From Candidatus Poribacteria bacterium (GTDB lineage Bacteria > Poribacteria > WGA-4E > WGA-3G): DNA of 64,000 nt. The stretch lies in contig CAXXUA010000005.1 in the NCBI GenBank assembly GCA_963663765.2, forward strand, positions 1,280,001-1,344,000, read 5' to 3'. Position numbers and translations under genes: made by a program. A model generated the notes under the pieces. That model searched no databases, was not told where the DNA came from, and worked only from the letters and a program-made list of their open reading frames with translations. Shown here piece after piece: positions 20,331-29,322 of this stretch (within the stretch, counting starts at the first letter, position 1; every line of letters starts with the position of its first letter).

Positions 20331-21848
20331 ATGCACAGACTTTTTGGAATCGAAACCGAATACGGTATCACTCTCGAAAATGCTGAACAGATCGATCCCG
20401 TAAAGGAGTCCATTGAACTCATAAAAAATTATCGAAGAGAGCCATTCTTACCCCAATGGGACTACAAGGGTGAAGACCCATTCCGTGATGAACGCGGTTT
20501 CCGAGCAAAACAACTCAATAACCATCCCGACGAAGTGGAGGAGGAAAAACGAGACAGAGAACGATTCGCTAACCAACCCGGACGATCGTTCCGAGAAATC
20601 AAAAGTGACAGAATACTTGTCAACGGCGCAAGACTATACAACGACCACGCACACCCAGAGTATTCAACACCAGAATGCAAAAACCTCTTTGACCTCGTCG
20701 CACACGACAAAGCAGGGGAAAGAATACTTCACAAATGCGCTGAAAGACGAAGCACTGAAATCGGACAACGCGTCCTATTATACAAAAATAATACCGACTT
20801 TTATGGACATAGCTACGGATGCCACGATAACTACCTCATGGCACGAGAAGTACCTTTTAGCTACCTAAAAGCAAGTATCCTACCGTTCTTTGTAACAAGA
20901 CAAATCTTCGCAGGAGCAGGTAAAATCGGTATTGAAACCGAAGCAGGACTCGCAACCCCCGGACATTTTCAACTCACACAACGCTCCGACTTCTTTCACG
21001 TCGAAGCAAGTGTAGACACAATGCACAAACGCCCAATCGTCAACACACGAGATGAACCGCACGCTGACCCAGCAACCTATCGCAGACTACACGGAATCGT
21101 CGGGGACGCAAATATGTCCGAATACGCAACAGCACTCAAGGTCGGAACAACCGCTCTCGTAATTGACCTAATTGAACAGCGACTTATACCCGAATCATTG
21201 GCAATCGCAAATCCTATTGATACCATAAAAACCATTTCGCATGACCAAACGTACCGATGGATGTTACAAAAAGTTGATGGAAAAATGATCTCCGCAATTG
21301 ACCATCAAAGAGAGTATCTGCAACTCGCACAAAAACATCTCGCAAACCAAAATAGCGATGCCGAATGGGTCCTGAAAGAATGGGAGAAAACACTCAACGC
21401 TCTTGAAAACGACCCCATGACGCTTACCGACCGCCTTGATTGGGTCGCAAAAAAATGGCTACTTGAAACCTTTGTTGAAGCTGAAAATATCGCATGGGAT
21501 GACCCATGGCTACAAAGCATCGATTTAGAATACCACAACATTGATTTAGAAGAAGGTCTGTTCTACGGATTACAAATGCAACGAGTCGTAACGGATGAAC
21601 AGGTACAAAACGCTACGCATACACCTCCATTGGACACGCGCGCATACTTCCGTGGAAAATCACTAAACAAATTTGAAGACGCAATCAAAACTGTCCAATG
21701 GGACAGTATAACGTTCGAAATTAATGGAAAACCTGTTACTGTAAACATGAACTCTCTCGCAAATCCTGAAATTGCACAAAAATATAATGAAGCTCTTGAC
21801 TTATCCCCTAACCCTCAAACCCTTGTTGAGAAACTTGGTCTAAACTAA
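20331..21848 (+). CDS. dop: Dop-like depupylase/deamidase
   Basis: GIETEYG, NGARLYNDHAHPEYSTPE, KNNTD..G.SYGCHDNY, RPIVNTRDEPHAD, RRLH. Confidence 0.9.
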   Translation: MHRLFGIETEYGITLENAEQIDPVKESIELIKNYRREPFLPQWDYKGEDPFRDERGFRAKQLNNHPDEVEEEKRDRERFANQPGRSFREIKSDRILVNGARLYNDHAHPEYSTPECKNLFDLVAHDKAGERILHKCAERRSTEIGQRVLLYKNNTDFYGHSYGCHDNYLMAREVPFSYLKASILPFFVTRQIFAGAGKIGIETEAGLATPGHFQLTQRSDFFHVEASVDTMHKRPIVNTRDEPHADPATYRRLHGIVGDANMSEYATALKVGTTALVIDLIEQRLIPESLAIANPIDTIKTISHDQTYRWMLQKVDGKMISAIDHQREYLQLAQKHLANQNSDAEWVLKEWEKTLNALENDPMTLTDRLDWVAKKWLLETFVEAENIAWDDPWLQSIDLEYHNIDLEEGLFYGLQMQRVVTDEQVQNATHTPPLDTRAYFRGKSLNKFEDAIKTVQWDSITFEINGKPVTVNMNSLANPEIAQKYNEALDLSPNPQTLVEKLGLN

Positions 21849-22006
21849 ACCAACTTATGCACAAACGGTAGGTGCGTTTTATAAACGTACTGGAATCTCA
21901 AAATTTTGACCAAAATTGCAAAATTTTGTCAAAACTATTGAAATAATCAAATTGTGTAAGCTTCAACTAAGATGTTAACACAAAAACAAATAAAGGAGAT
22001 ATACCG

Positions 22007-22204
22007 ATGAAAGCCCAAACAGTCTACTTCCCAGAACGAAAACAGAGACCAGTAAAACCAATCGGTCCTGATGACGGTGGAGACGATAGCAACGCACCAA
22101 AACGTCCTGATGTCAATAGACCCGACACACAGGAACTCCTCAAACGGATGCGACGCGTCGACAAAGACCAATCAAGACGATACCGACAAAGGACAGGGGA
22201 ATAA
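22007..22204 (+). CDS. ubact: Ubiquitin-like protein UBact
   Basis: 65 aa, disordered, ELLKRMRRVD...RRYRQRTGE C-terminus (R[T/S]G[E/Q], not the Pup GG[E/Q]); between dop and prcB; AAGGAG RBS. Confidence 0.92.
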   Translation: MKAQTVYFPERKQRPVKPIGPDDGGDDSNAPKRPDVNRPDTQELLKRMRRVDKDQSRRYRQRTGE

Positions 22205-23070
22205 TGAACCATAAAGGTGACTTTCTCAGTCTAATAAAACACGCAGACACCTTGCACGGTGATACGAAAGCCACTCATAACGTATCAGATGTCAAGCTAA
22301 ACACAACACTTGACACTTTACAAGAAACAAAAAATGAAATGCGCGACGCTTTTCGGATACCAACGCAAGCACCTACGTTAGAATTTACGGAAGCCACAAC
22401 TGTTGTCGCAATGCGCTACAATGACGGCATTATCATCGCAGGTGATAGACGCGCAACCGCAGGCACTTCCGTCGTTCATGACCGCGCTGAGAAAGTCCTT
22501 CCAATTGATTCACACTCCGTACTCGCAATCTCCGGCGCACCAGCAACGGCTTATGAGATCGCAAGAGTCCTAAAACACTCCTTCCAATATTTTCGACGCA
22601 GCCAACTCCAAGAACTCAGTGTAGAAGGTAAACTCCGAACACTATCCCGACTTATCCGTGAAAATCTGCCAATGGCTATGCAAGGAATCGGGGCGGTGAT
22701 ACCCATCTTCGCTTTATATGCTCCACAAACCAACGAATCTGAAAATGGCGGTAAAATATACTTCTACGACGCACTCGGCGCACACTTTGAAAATGTCGAT
22801 TTCGCTACAACTGGTTCCGGTTCTGTCTGGATACGCGGCGTACTCCGTTACATAGACCGATGGGGGGAAACCCGTTTAGAACAGATGGACCAACGCACTG
22901 CTACTATCACCATTCTAAGACTATTAGACACCGCAAGCGAATATGACGCAGCAACAAGCGGATACAACGCAAAAGCTGAAATCTTCCCAACTATCAAAAC
23001 CATAACACAACAGGGCGTGGAAACACTTCCCGATAAATTCCTAAAAGATTGCTACGCGGAGGCTACATAA
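22204..23070 (+). CDS. prcB: 20S proteasome beta subunit
   Basis: Propeptide followed by TTVVA, AGDRRATAG, TGSGS Ntn-hydrolase motifs. Confidence 0.92.
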   Translation: MNHKGDFLSLIKHADTLHGDTKATHNVSDVKLNTTLDTLQETKNEMRDAFRIPTQAPTLEFTEATTVVAMRYNDGIIIAGDRRATAGTSVVHDRAEKVLPIDSHSVLAISGAPATAYEIARVLKHSFQYFRRSQLQELSVEGKLRTLSRLIRENLPMAMQGIGAVIPIFALYAPQTNESENGGKIYFYDALGAHFENVDFATTGSGSVWIRGVLRYIDRWGETRLEQMDQRTATITILRLLDTASEYDAATSGYNAKAEIFPTIKTITQQGVETLPDKFLKDCYAEAT

Positions 23071-23840
23071 TGCGCGACCTGCCGTATCGTTGGATTGAAG
23101 CAATTCAGGACCGGCGCGACTACATCGAAGACCAACTCAGACTCGGAAGTCCGGTTGTCGGACTACCTTATGCACAAGGCAGCCTCCTATTGACTGTTAC
23201 AAAAGGTGCACAAAAAATATTTGAAGTTCATGACCGAATCGCTCTTTCCGCCATCGGACACCCCGCAGATATTGAACGCCTACGCATGCTCGTAACCGAC
23301 ACAGCAAGCGTACAATCCTTCCAAAGTGCTACCGAAGATGTGAACCTACATAGACTCACACATTATGTCTTAGCACACACTTTCAAACAAGCGTTTGAGG
23401 CAATAGTCGGCGAAGCATACATCATAAAAATGCTACTCGTTGAAATCGGAAATGGTGACGCAAAAACACAATTCACACATATCAACTATGATGGCAACGT
23501 AAAGGTACAACACGAAGCAGCAGTTATTGGCGGCACTTTGGAAATTGAGAATGCAATGCAAGAATACCTGACTGACGCAAAAACCGATTCAGAACGCAAT
23601 CTCAATACAGCACTACAGTTGGCACTCAAAACTTGGGCTGTCGGGAAAGGGCTAAGCAAACGCTTTGAGGACGCAGAAGACAACACTGAAATAACTGACG
23701 AACAGATACACGAAATCATAAATACAGAATTAGAGGAAGGTGAAATTGAGGCGGGGATTTTAGATACAAACCTACCCGCAGATACCAAATTCCGACTGCT
23801 AACACAGGACGAAATACAAACCGCACGCAAAACAGATTGA
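23070..23840 (+). CDS. prcA: 20S proteasome alpha subunit
   Basis: PYRWIEAIQDRRDYI...GSPVV...KIFEVHDRIA; TAATG coupling with prcB. Confidence 0.88.
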   Translation: MRDLPYRWIEAIQDRRDYIEDQLRLGSPVVGLPYAQGSLLLTVTKGAQKIFEVHDRIALSAIGHPADIERLRMLVTDTASVQSFQSATEDVNLHRLTHYVLAHTFKQAFEAIVGEAYIIKMLLVEIGNGDAKTQFTHINYDGNVKVQHEAAVIGGTLEIENAMQEYLTDAKTDSERNLNTALQLALKTWAVGKGLSKRFEDAEDNTEITDEQIHEIINTELEEGEIEAGILDTNLPADTKFRLLTQDEIQTARKTD

Positions 23841-23894
23841 CAACTTCAAAAAAGGATTTTGACCGATAGCCGACTACCAATTGAGGAAAAACCC

Positions 23895-25355
23895 ATGTCA
23901 CACAGAATAATGGGAATCGAAACCGAATTCGGGTGCATGATCCAATCACAAACAATACAGACACAACGCATCAAGGTATCACCTGAAGGAATTGCTGCAC
24001 GTGTCAGAGATTATACATTCAAAACACTTGAACTCGGTATCCCCGATCTCCACTATCGTGATTGGGGTGAACCGCCCGGCAACGGCGGTTTCCTCTTCAA
24101 CGGCGGTAGACTCTATATTGACATGGGGCACCTTGAATATGCCACACCAGAATGTGCAACCCTTTTTGACCTTATCGCTTACGATAAAGCCATTGAACAC
24201 GTCATCACCGCAATCCTACAAGAAACCGGCATTTCCGCACACGTCGCCTTCTACAAAAACAACATTGACCATTACACTGGCGCAACTTTCGGATGCCACG
24301 AAAACTTCCAAGCACGACGCGATGTCCCCTTCTATAAAATCGTCATCCCAACATTGCTACCCTTCTTTGTTACACGACAAATCTTTGCAGGAGCTGGCAG
24401 AGTCGGCGGATACGATGACATACTGGAATTTGGCGAGGGACAATATACCGTAGACGACTTCATCGGATACCAAATCTCACAAAGAGCTGACCACATCGTC
24501 ACCGAAATCTATGAATGGATACAGTTTAGCCGAGCAATCATCAATACACGCGACGAACCGCTCAGTGACTATACTAAATATCGCAGACTCCATCTACTCG
24601 TCGGCGACACCAACATGTCCGAATACGCAAACGCACTGAAGGTCGGAACCACCGCACTCGTCCTTGATGCAATTGAACGATATTATGCACTCTATGGTGA
24701 AAAACTGCCTATACCACATCTTGACCTCTTGGATCCCATAGCCGCAATCAAACATATCTCACGCGATACCTCTCTTGCATGGGAAGTTGAGCTACAGAAC
24801 GGAAAAACTATCTCAGCAATTGACATTCAACGTGAATACCTCAATTTTGTCCAAGATACGTTGATCCATCCTGACGAAACAACGAATTGGATTCTCTCCG
24901 AATGGGAAACCGTGCTGAATGACCTGGAAATAGACTGGACACGCCTCACCACCCGTCTGGATTGGGCAGCAAAAAAATGGTTCCTTGACGCATTAATCAT
25001 AGAAGATGATCTGACATGGGATGACCCATGGCTCAAAAGCCTTGATTTGGAATACCACAATATTGACCCCAATAGTGGTATCTTTTACGCACTTCAAAGC
25101 GAAGGTTGTATGAGACGTGTCATCACCGACCAGCAGATCAACCATGCCATCAGCAACGCCCCCCGTGACACTCGTGCAAGAGTTCGCGGCTATCTCATGC
25201 GAAACCTAAAAAAACAAAAAATGCCATGCATTGTCGACTGGCACCACATCTACGCCGGACAAACAGAGTGCTTTGAGATGAAAGAACCCTTTGACACCTC
25301 AATACCCCAAGCACAAAGATGGCTCAGAACCCTCAGACTCCGACAAAGATTGTAA
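23895..25355 (+). CDS. pafA: PafA-like Pup/UBact-protein ligase
   Basis: RIMGIETEFG, FLFNGGRLYIDMGHLEYATPE, FGCHENF, SRAIINTRDEP, RRLHLLVGD. Confidence 0.9.
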   Translation: MSHRIMGIETEFGCMIQSQTIQTQRIKVSPEGIAARVRDYTFKTLELGIPDLHYRDWGEPPGNGGFLFNGGRLYIDMGHLEYATPECATLFDLIAYDKAIEHVITAILQETGISAHVAFYKNNIDHYTGATFGCHENFQARRDVPFYKIVIPTLLPFFVTRQIFAGAGRVGGYDDILEFGEGQYTVDDFIGYQISQRADHIVTEIYEWIQFSRAIINTRDEPLSDYTKYRRLHLLVGDTNMSEYANALKVGTTALVLDAIERYYALYGEKLPIPHLDLLDPIAAIKHISRDTSLAWEVELQNGKTISAIDIQREYLNFVQDTLIHPDETTNWILSEWETVLNDLEIDWTRLTTRLDWAAKKWFLDALIIEDDLTWDDPWLKSLDLEYHNIDPNSGIFYALQSEGCMRRVITDQQINHAISNAPRDTRARVRGYLMRNLKKQKMPCIVDWHHIYAGQTECFEMKEPFDTSIPQAQRWLRTLRLRQRL

Positions 25356-25436
25356 GAAAATCACACATCCTTGACAGCGGAGAGTTTAAGTATATATAGT
25401 GTTTTAATACTCCTTTTACCCAAACTTTAAACGTCT

Positions 25437-25559
25437 CAGGACTTACGCACACAACGGTAGGCGTGCTTTGTAAGCGCGCCGGAAAACCAGAAATACGCTG
25501 ATAATGGTATCATTTTCATCATAACTATTGATTAAATCAAGAAAACTCCGTAAGTTCTG
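25437..25559. mobile_element. MITE family A copy 3 (TSD CGTCT)
   Basis: CAGGACTTACGCA...TCCGTAAGTTCTG; CGTCT at 25432-25436 and 25560-25564. Confidence 0.85.
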
Positions 25560-25642
25560 CGTCTAATCCCGCTCTATTCAAAGAGAAACAAACAGCAATA
25601 ACACAAAAAGTCACCAATTTCTTCAACCTACGAATACGCGCC

Positions 25643-25725
25643 AAAGACCTATTACAACAAACCAAATGCACAGTAAAAATCGCAATCAAGCAAGACAAAC
25701 AACCACCAAATTGGTTGGAATCTGT
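25643..25725 (+). repeat. ~85-bp direct repeat, copy 1
   Basis: AAAGACCTAT.ACAACAAACCAAATGCACAGTAAAAAT.GCAATCAAGCAAGAC.AACAACCACC...AATTGGTTGGA.TCTGT; second copy at 27880-27964. Confidence 0.85.
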
Positions 25726-25791
25726 TTCCGAGGTGACTGATATTTAGAATTTGCAATTCAATTGGAAAACAAAACATATCAATATATAATT

Positions 25792-25913
25792 CAGGACTTA
25801 CGCACCCAACGGTAGGCGCGCTTTGTAAGCGCGCTGGAAACCGAAAAAATGCTGAAAATTACACCATTTTCGTCATAATTCTTCATCAAATCATGAAAAC
25901 TGCGTAAGTCCTG
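25792..25913. mobile_element. MITE family A copy 4 (TSD TAATT)
   Basis: Perfect 13-bp TIRs; TAATT at 25787-25791 and 25914-25918. Confidence 0.88.
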
Positions 25914-25947
25914 TAATTATTACAACAAAAATAAAAGATGAACAATT

Positions 25948-27138
25948 ATGACTAAAGAAAACGTGTTTTTAGAGAACGTTCATATAGAAAACTTTCTGAG
26001 TTTGCATGACGTAACATTGACACTCAAACCCTTGACAGTTCTCGTAGGACCGAACGCAAGCGGAAAATCAAATGTCTTGAGTGCATTGCAGCTCCTGAAT
26101 GTATTGACGAGAGCTGAAGATCCGCCTCCGACTAAATTAATCCAAGATAATTTGTGGGCAGGTGAAGCTAATAATATCACTTTTGAATTACAAGCCAAGG
26201 TTGAATCGACTTTAGCTGCATATAAACTGGAACTTTCTGATAATTCTGACAAGCCTTTTATAGCCGAAAGATTATTGCTAAAGGGTGAAACAGATGTTCA
26301 AGCCATATCAATTTCAAATGGAGAAGGTACTGTTAAGGATGAAGATGGAGATAACGAAGCAATTTACAAATCCAACAAACTCGCTTTGAAGTCAGCAGGT
26401 GATTATGGAAACAAACCAATTACGCTCTCCTTAACTAAGTTTATAAAAGGTTGGGAATTTTATAATTTTGATATAGACTATTTACGAGGAAGTCTTACAC
26501 AATTCTTACCTGAGAATAAGGAGATTCAGCAAGCTCCGAAGCTTGACAGATATGGTCGGAATCTAGCAGACGTGCTTTGGAATTGGCATGAGAATTCTCC
26601 AGAGAGTTTCCAAAATATCAGTGAGTCTCTTGCCTCAATTACGAAACGCAAAATAGACCAATCTCTGATTGGTGGGCAAAACCAACTTTGCCTATTAGAA
26701 GGATATAAAAATCCCATTCCGTTGCGATATGCTTCTGATGGCACACTGCGTGTGGTGGCATATAACATTTTACTCAACGAGCATGAGTTGCCGCCGCTCA
26801 TTGCTATTGAAGAACCAGAGCAGAATCTACATCCTGGCGCATTAACATACATTGCAAATGTGCTTGAGCAAATTGCCGAACGTTCTCAGGTTATTATTAC
26901 AACCCATAGTTCACAATTACTTGATGCCTTTAATCCAGCCAGTTTGTCAGATTCGCTTGGGATTGTATTATTACACAACCGTCCCGGCTCCGGTACAGAG
27001 GCAATCAACCTTGAGAACTGCAGTGATAAAGGTGAAGCACTTCAAGGTTGGATTGCAGATTTTGGTATCGGTAGTGCCATCTTTGATAGTGGACTCCTAC
27101 CAGATGAAATGGAGGATACTGCCGAATGCCAAGTATAA
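25948..27138 (+). CDS. ABC/SMC-type ATPase (AAA_21-like)
   Basis: IENFLSL, GPNASGKSN, SDGTLR, IAIEEPEQNLHP, IITTHS. Confidence 0.88.
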   Translation: MTKENVFLENVHIENFLSLHDVTLTLKPLTVLVGPNASGKSNVLSALQLLNVLTRAEDPPPTKLIQDNLWAGEANNITFELQAKVESTLAAYKLELSDNSDKPFIAERLLLKGETDVQAISISNGEGTVKDEDGDNEAIYKSNKLALKSAGDYGNKPITLSLTKFIKGWEFYNFDIDYLRGSLTQFLPENKEIQQAPKLDRYGRNLADVLWNWHENSPESFQNISESLASITKRKIDQSLIGGQNQLCLLEGYKNPIPLRYASDGTLRVVAYNILLNEHELPPLIAIEEPEQNLHPGALTYIANVLEQIAERSQVIITTHSSQLLDAFNPASLSDSLGIVLLHNRPGSGTEAINLENCSDKGEALQGWIADFGIGSAIFDSGLLPDEMEDTAECQV

Positions 27139-27830
27139 GAATCTGGACGTTAGAGTCAGACAACGATGCTTAGGCAGTCAAGTGTTTGGCAAATAAATTG
27201 ACAGAATATTTGAAACTTGAAGCAATATCTATTGATACAACAGGTAAACGTAAACCTTCAATACAACTTAGGAAAGCAATAGATAATTATCTCAAGCGAA
27301 ATGATTGTGTGATTATAATTCTTGATCGAGACGGACCAAGAGCACATCAGCACCGATTACAGAACCCTAATTCGATTATAAATCAGATAAAACAGATAGT
27401 TAACGAACTTCCTGGTAGAGTATTTCTTGTAGAGGCTGTTCAGGAGTTGGAAGCATGGTTACTCATAGATTGCATTGGTATTTTTTGTTATTATGCATCA
27501 AAACGTGCACAGTATAGAGAACACTGCCGTAAAAAAGTATCAGAAAGTCGATCCCTTAAACGTTTCGTAAATCGTTATCAAAAAGATAATACTGAAAAAA
27601 TTGTTGAGTCGGAAATTGGAAGCAAAGGAGTTAAAGAACATCTTATTGACTTCTCCAAGAAGATCCTACTTGTCCTCAACTCCAATATGCCGCTAAAGAA
27701 TGTTAACCGTGAAAAATACAGTCCGGTACGATCTCCTGAAGTCGCCGAATACATTGAAATCAACAGAGAAACCTTGCGGCGCAATAACTCCCTCAAAAAA
27801 CTCTGTAATGTGATAGCACGATTCCAGTGA
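27126..27830 (+). pseudogene. Toprim/DUF4276-like partner protein with an in-frame TAG at codon 16
   Basis: MPSIRIWTLESDNDA*AVKCLANKL... in one frame; IIILDRDG and AVQELEAWLL motifs; start overlaps the ATPase end and has a GGAGG RBS. Confidence 0.7.
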
Positions 27831-27879
27831 CGAAACAATATAGTACTGAACAAACAATGACCTACGTGAGAGGAGTAAA

Positions 27880-27964
27880 AAAGACCTATCACAACAAACC
27901 AAATGCACAGTAAAAATTGCAATCAAGCAAGACGAACAACCACCATCAATTGGTTGGATTCTGT
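27880..27964 (+). repeat. ~85-bp direct repeat, copy 2
   Basis: Matches 25643-25725. Confidence 0.85.
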
Positions 27965-28292
27965 GAATAGACCTTATTCACATCTGCAGCCTGAATATTA
28001 ACGTTTGAATCTGCTTTATGTTCAACTGGCAACTGACACTGAAAAGCATTGACTATTGTGTTGAGTATGTCTAATCTCGGAGCATCCTCGTTTGAAAGGG
28101 GGTGAGAGAGTTTCAGCATCAATACCCGTTCAATTAGAAGTTCAGAAATCGCAGCTTGTGCTTCTGCAACACCCCGAAGTGCTATCTAGATTGACTCTGT
28201 GTTACCCTCTTCCTTATAGTCCGCTAAGGCTAACTCAAATTAGTACATCGCGAACTCTGTATCTGTAAGGTCTTTTAGAAGGTCGTCTCTAA

Positions 28293-29214
28293 TATAGTAA
28301 AATCTGTAATTATCTTTACACTACTGTAGCATAATCTATTAGGTTGTGCGGAAACGTAGCACAACCTAATAGATTATGCTACAAGTTTTGCTAAACGCGT
28401 AGATCGAAGTGTTCAGGTAATTCTAAATTCTACTTTATTAGTAGTCTGCTTAAGTATTGTTTCCGTTTTCATTATCCCAGCTCCTTATAGTAAAGCACTT
28501 CTATTCTTATGAAGATTAATAAATAAATTAGGTAATTCCATAATCATGCTCGATACGGTTAGGAAACCGCACCTACCGGGTTTGGGAAAACTAATATTAC
28601 CCGTTTAATTACTTAATCTTCATTAGAATAGAAACATAGTGCAAGAACTCTTATCCTGTAAACCTATAAATCCTGAAAATCCTGGTTCAGACAAAGAGGC
28701 AAGCTTGCAAAACCCTACCTCTCAATAGTATAATCCGTTAAGCATAAATCGAGAACAAACCTTCTTTTAATTTTATTATAGTGAAATATACAATTAAGTT
28801 TACACTTGTTCTGTAGGAGCGATCTCCGAATCGCGACTGAACGCCTTGATAGTCGGGAATCGGAGTTCCCTCCTACACCTGAAAGTGTAATAATACCAAT
28901 TCAAATAAATCTTGTCTCATTAAGGAATTCTACTGTTTACTGGCAGGGGGTTAATCTCTTCGGTAGGAGCGACCTCCCGGTCGCGACCGGGAGGTCGCTC
29001 CTACCAGATTTCCGCTGCTAATGAGACATTATCAAACGGAAATGGTATAATAATTCTAAAATCTACTATAAAATCCATAATTACTTGGACACGACGGTAG
29101 GTTCGGTTTCCTAACCGAACCTGTATAAATCCGGCAGAATACGCGTATGGTATTCTGCATTGGTTAGAAACCGCACCTACCAGGGAGTATAGACGTATTT
29201 TTGGATTTCACTAT
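28293..29214. repeat. Cluster of nested and adjacent inverted-repeat elements carrying REP hairpins
   Basis: REP pairs at 28326-28382, 28813-28876, 28963-29004, 29097-29180; shells TATAGT...ACTATA, ATGAAGATTA...TAATCTTCAT (28509-28623), ATACC...GGTAT (28893-29048). Confidence 0.75.
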
Positions 29215-29322
29215 AAATCACGTTTCTCTCCTTTACGGAATTATGCAACCGTTTTACATATAATTTGCGTCAGTATATTACAATATGTGAATAATCAAGT
29301 TAGCACTTATAGGTGTCACGCT

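Noticed and set aside
11344-27173. Amber recoding or pyrrolysine suggested by two in-frame TAG codons
   Set aside because: Conserved genes here (rpmH, ispH, lpdA, arc) end at TAG, no pyl genes are seen, and one affected gene also has a frameshift
27965-28260. Possible gene remnant on the minus strand
   Set aside because: Only short open stretches with no recognisable motif; cannot be supported without a search
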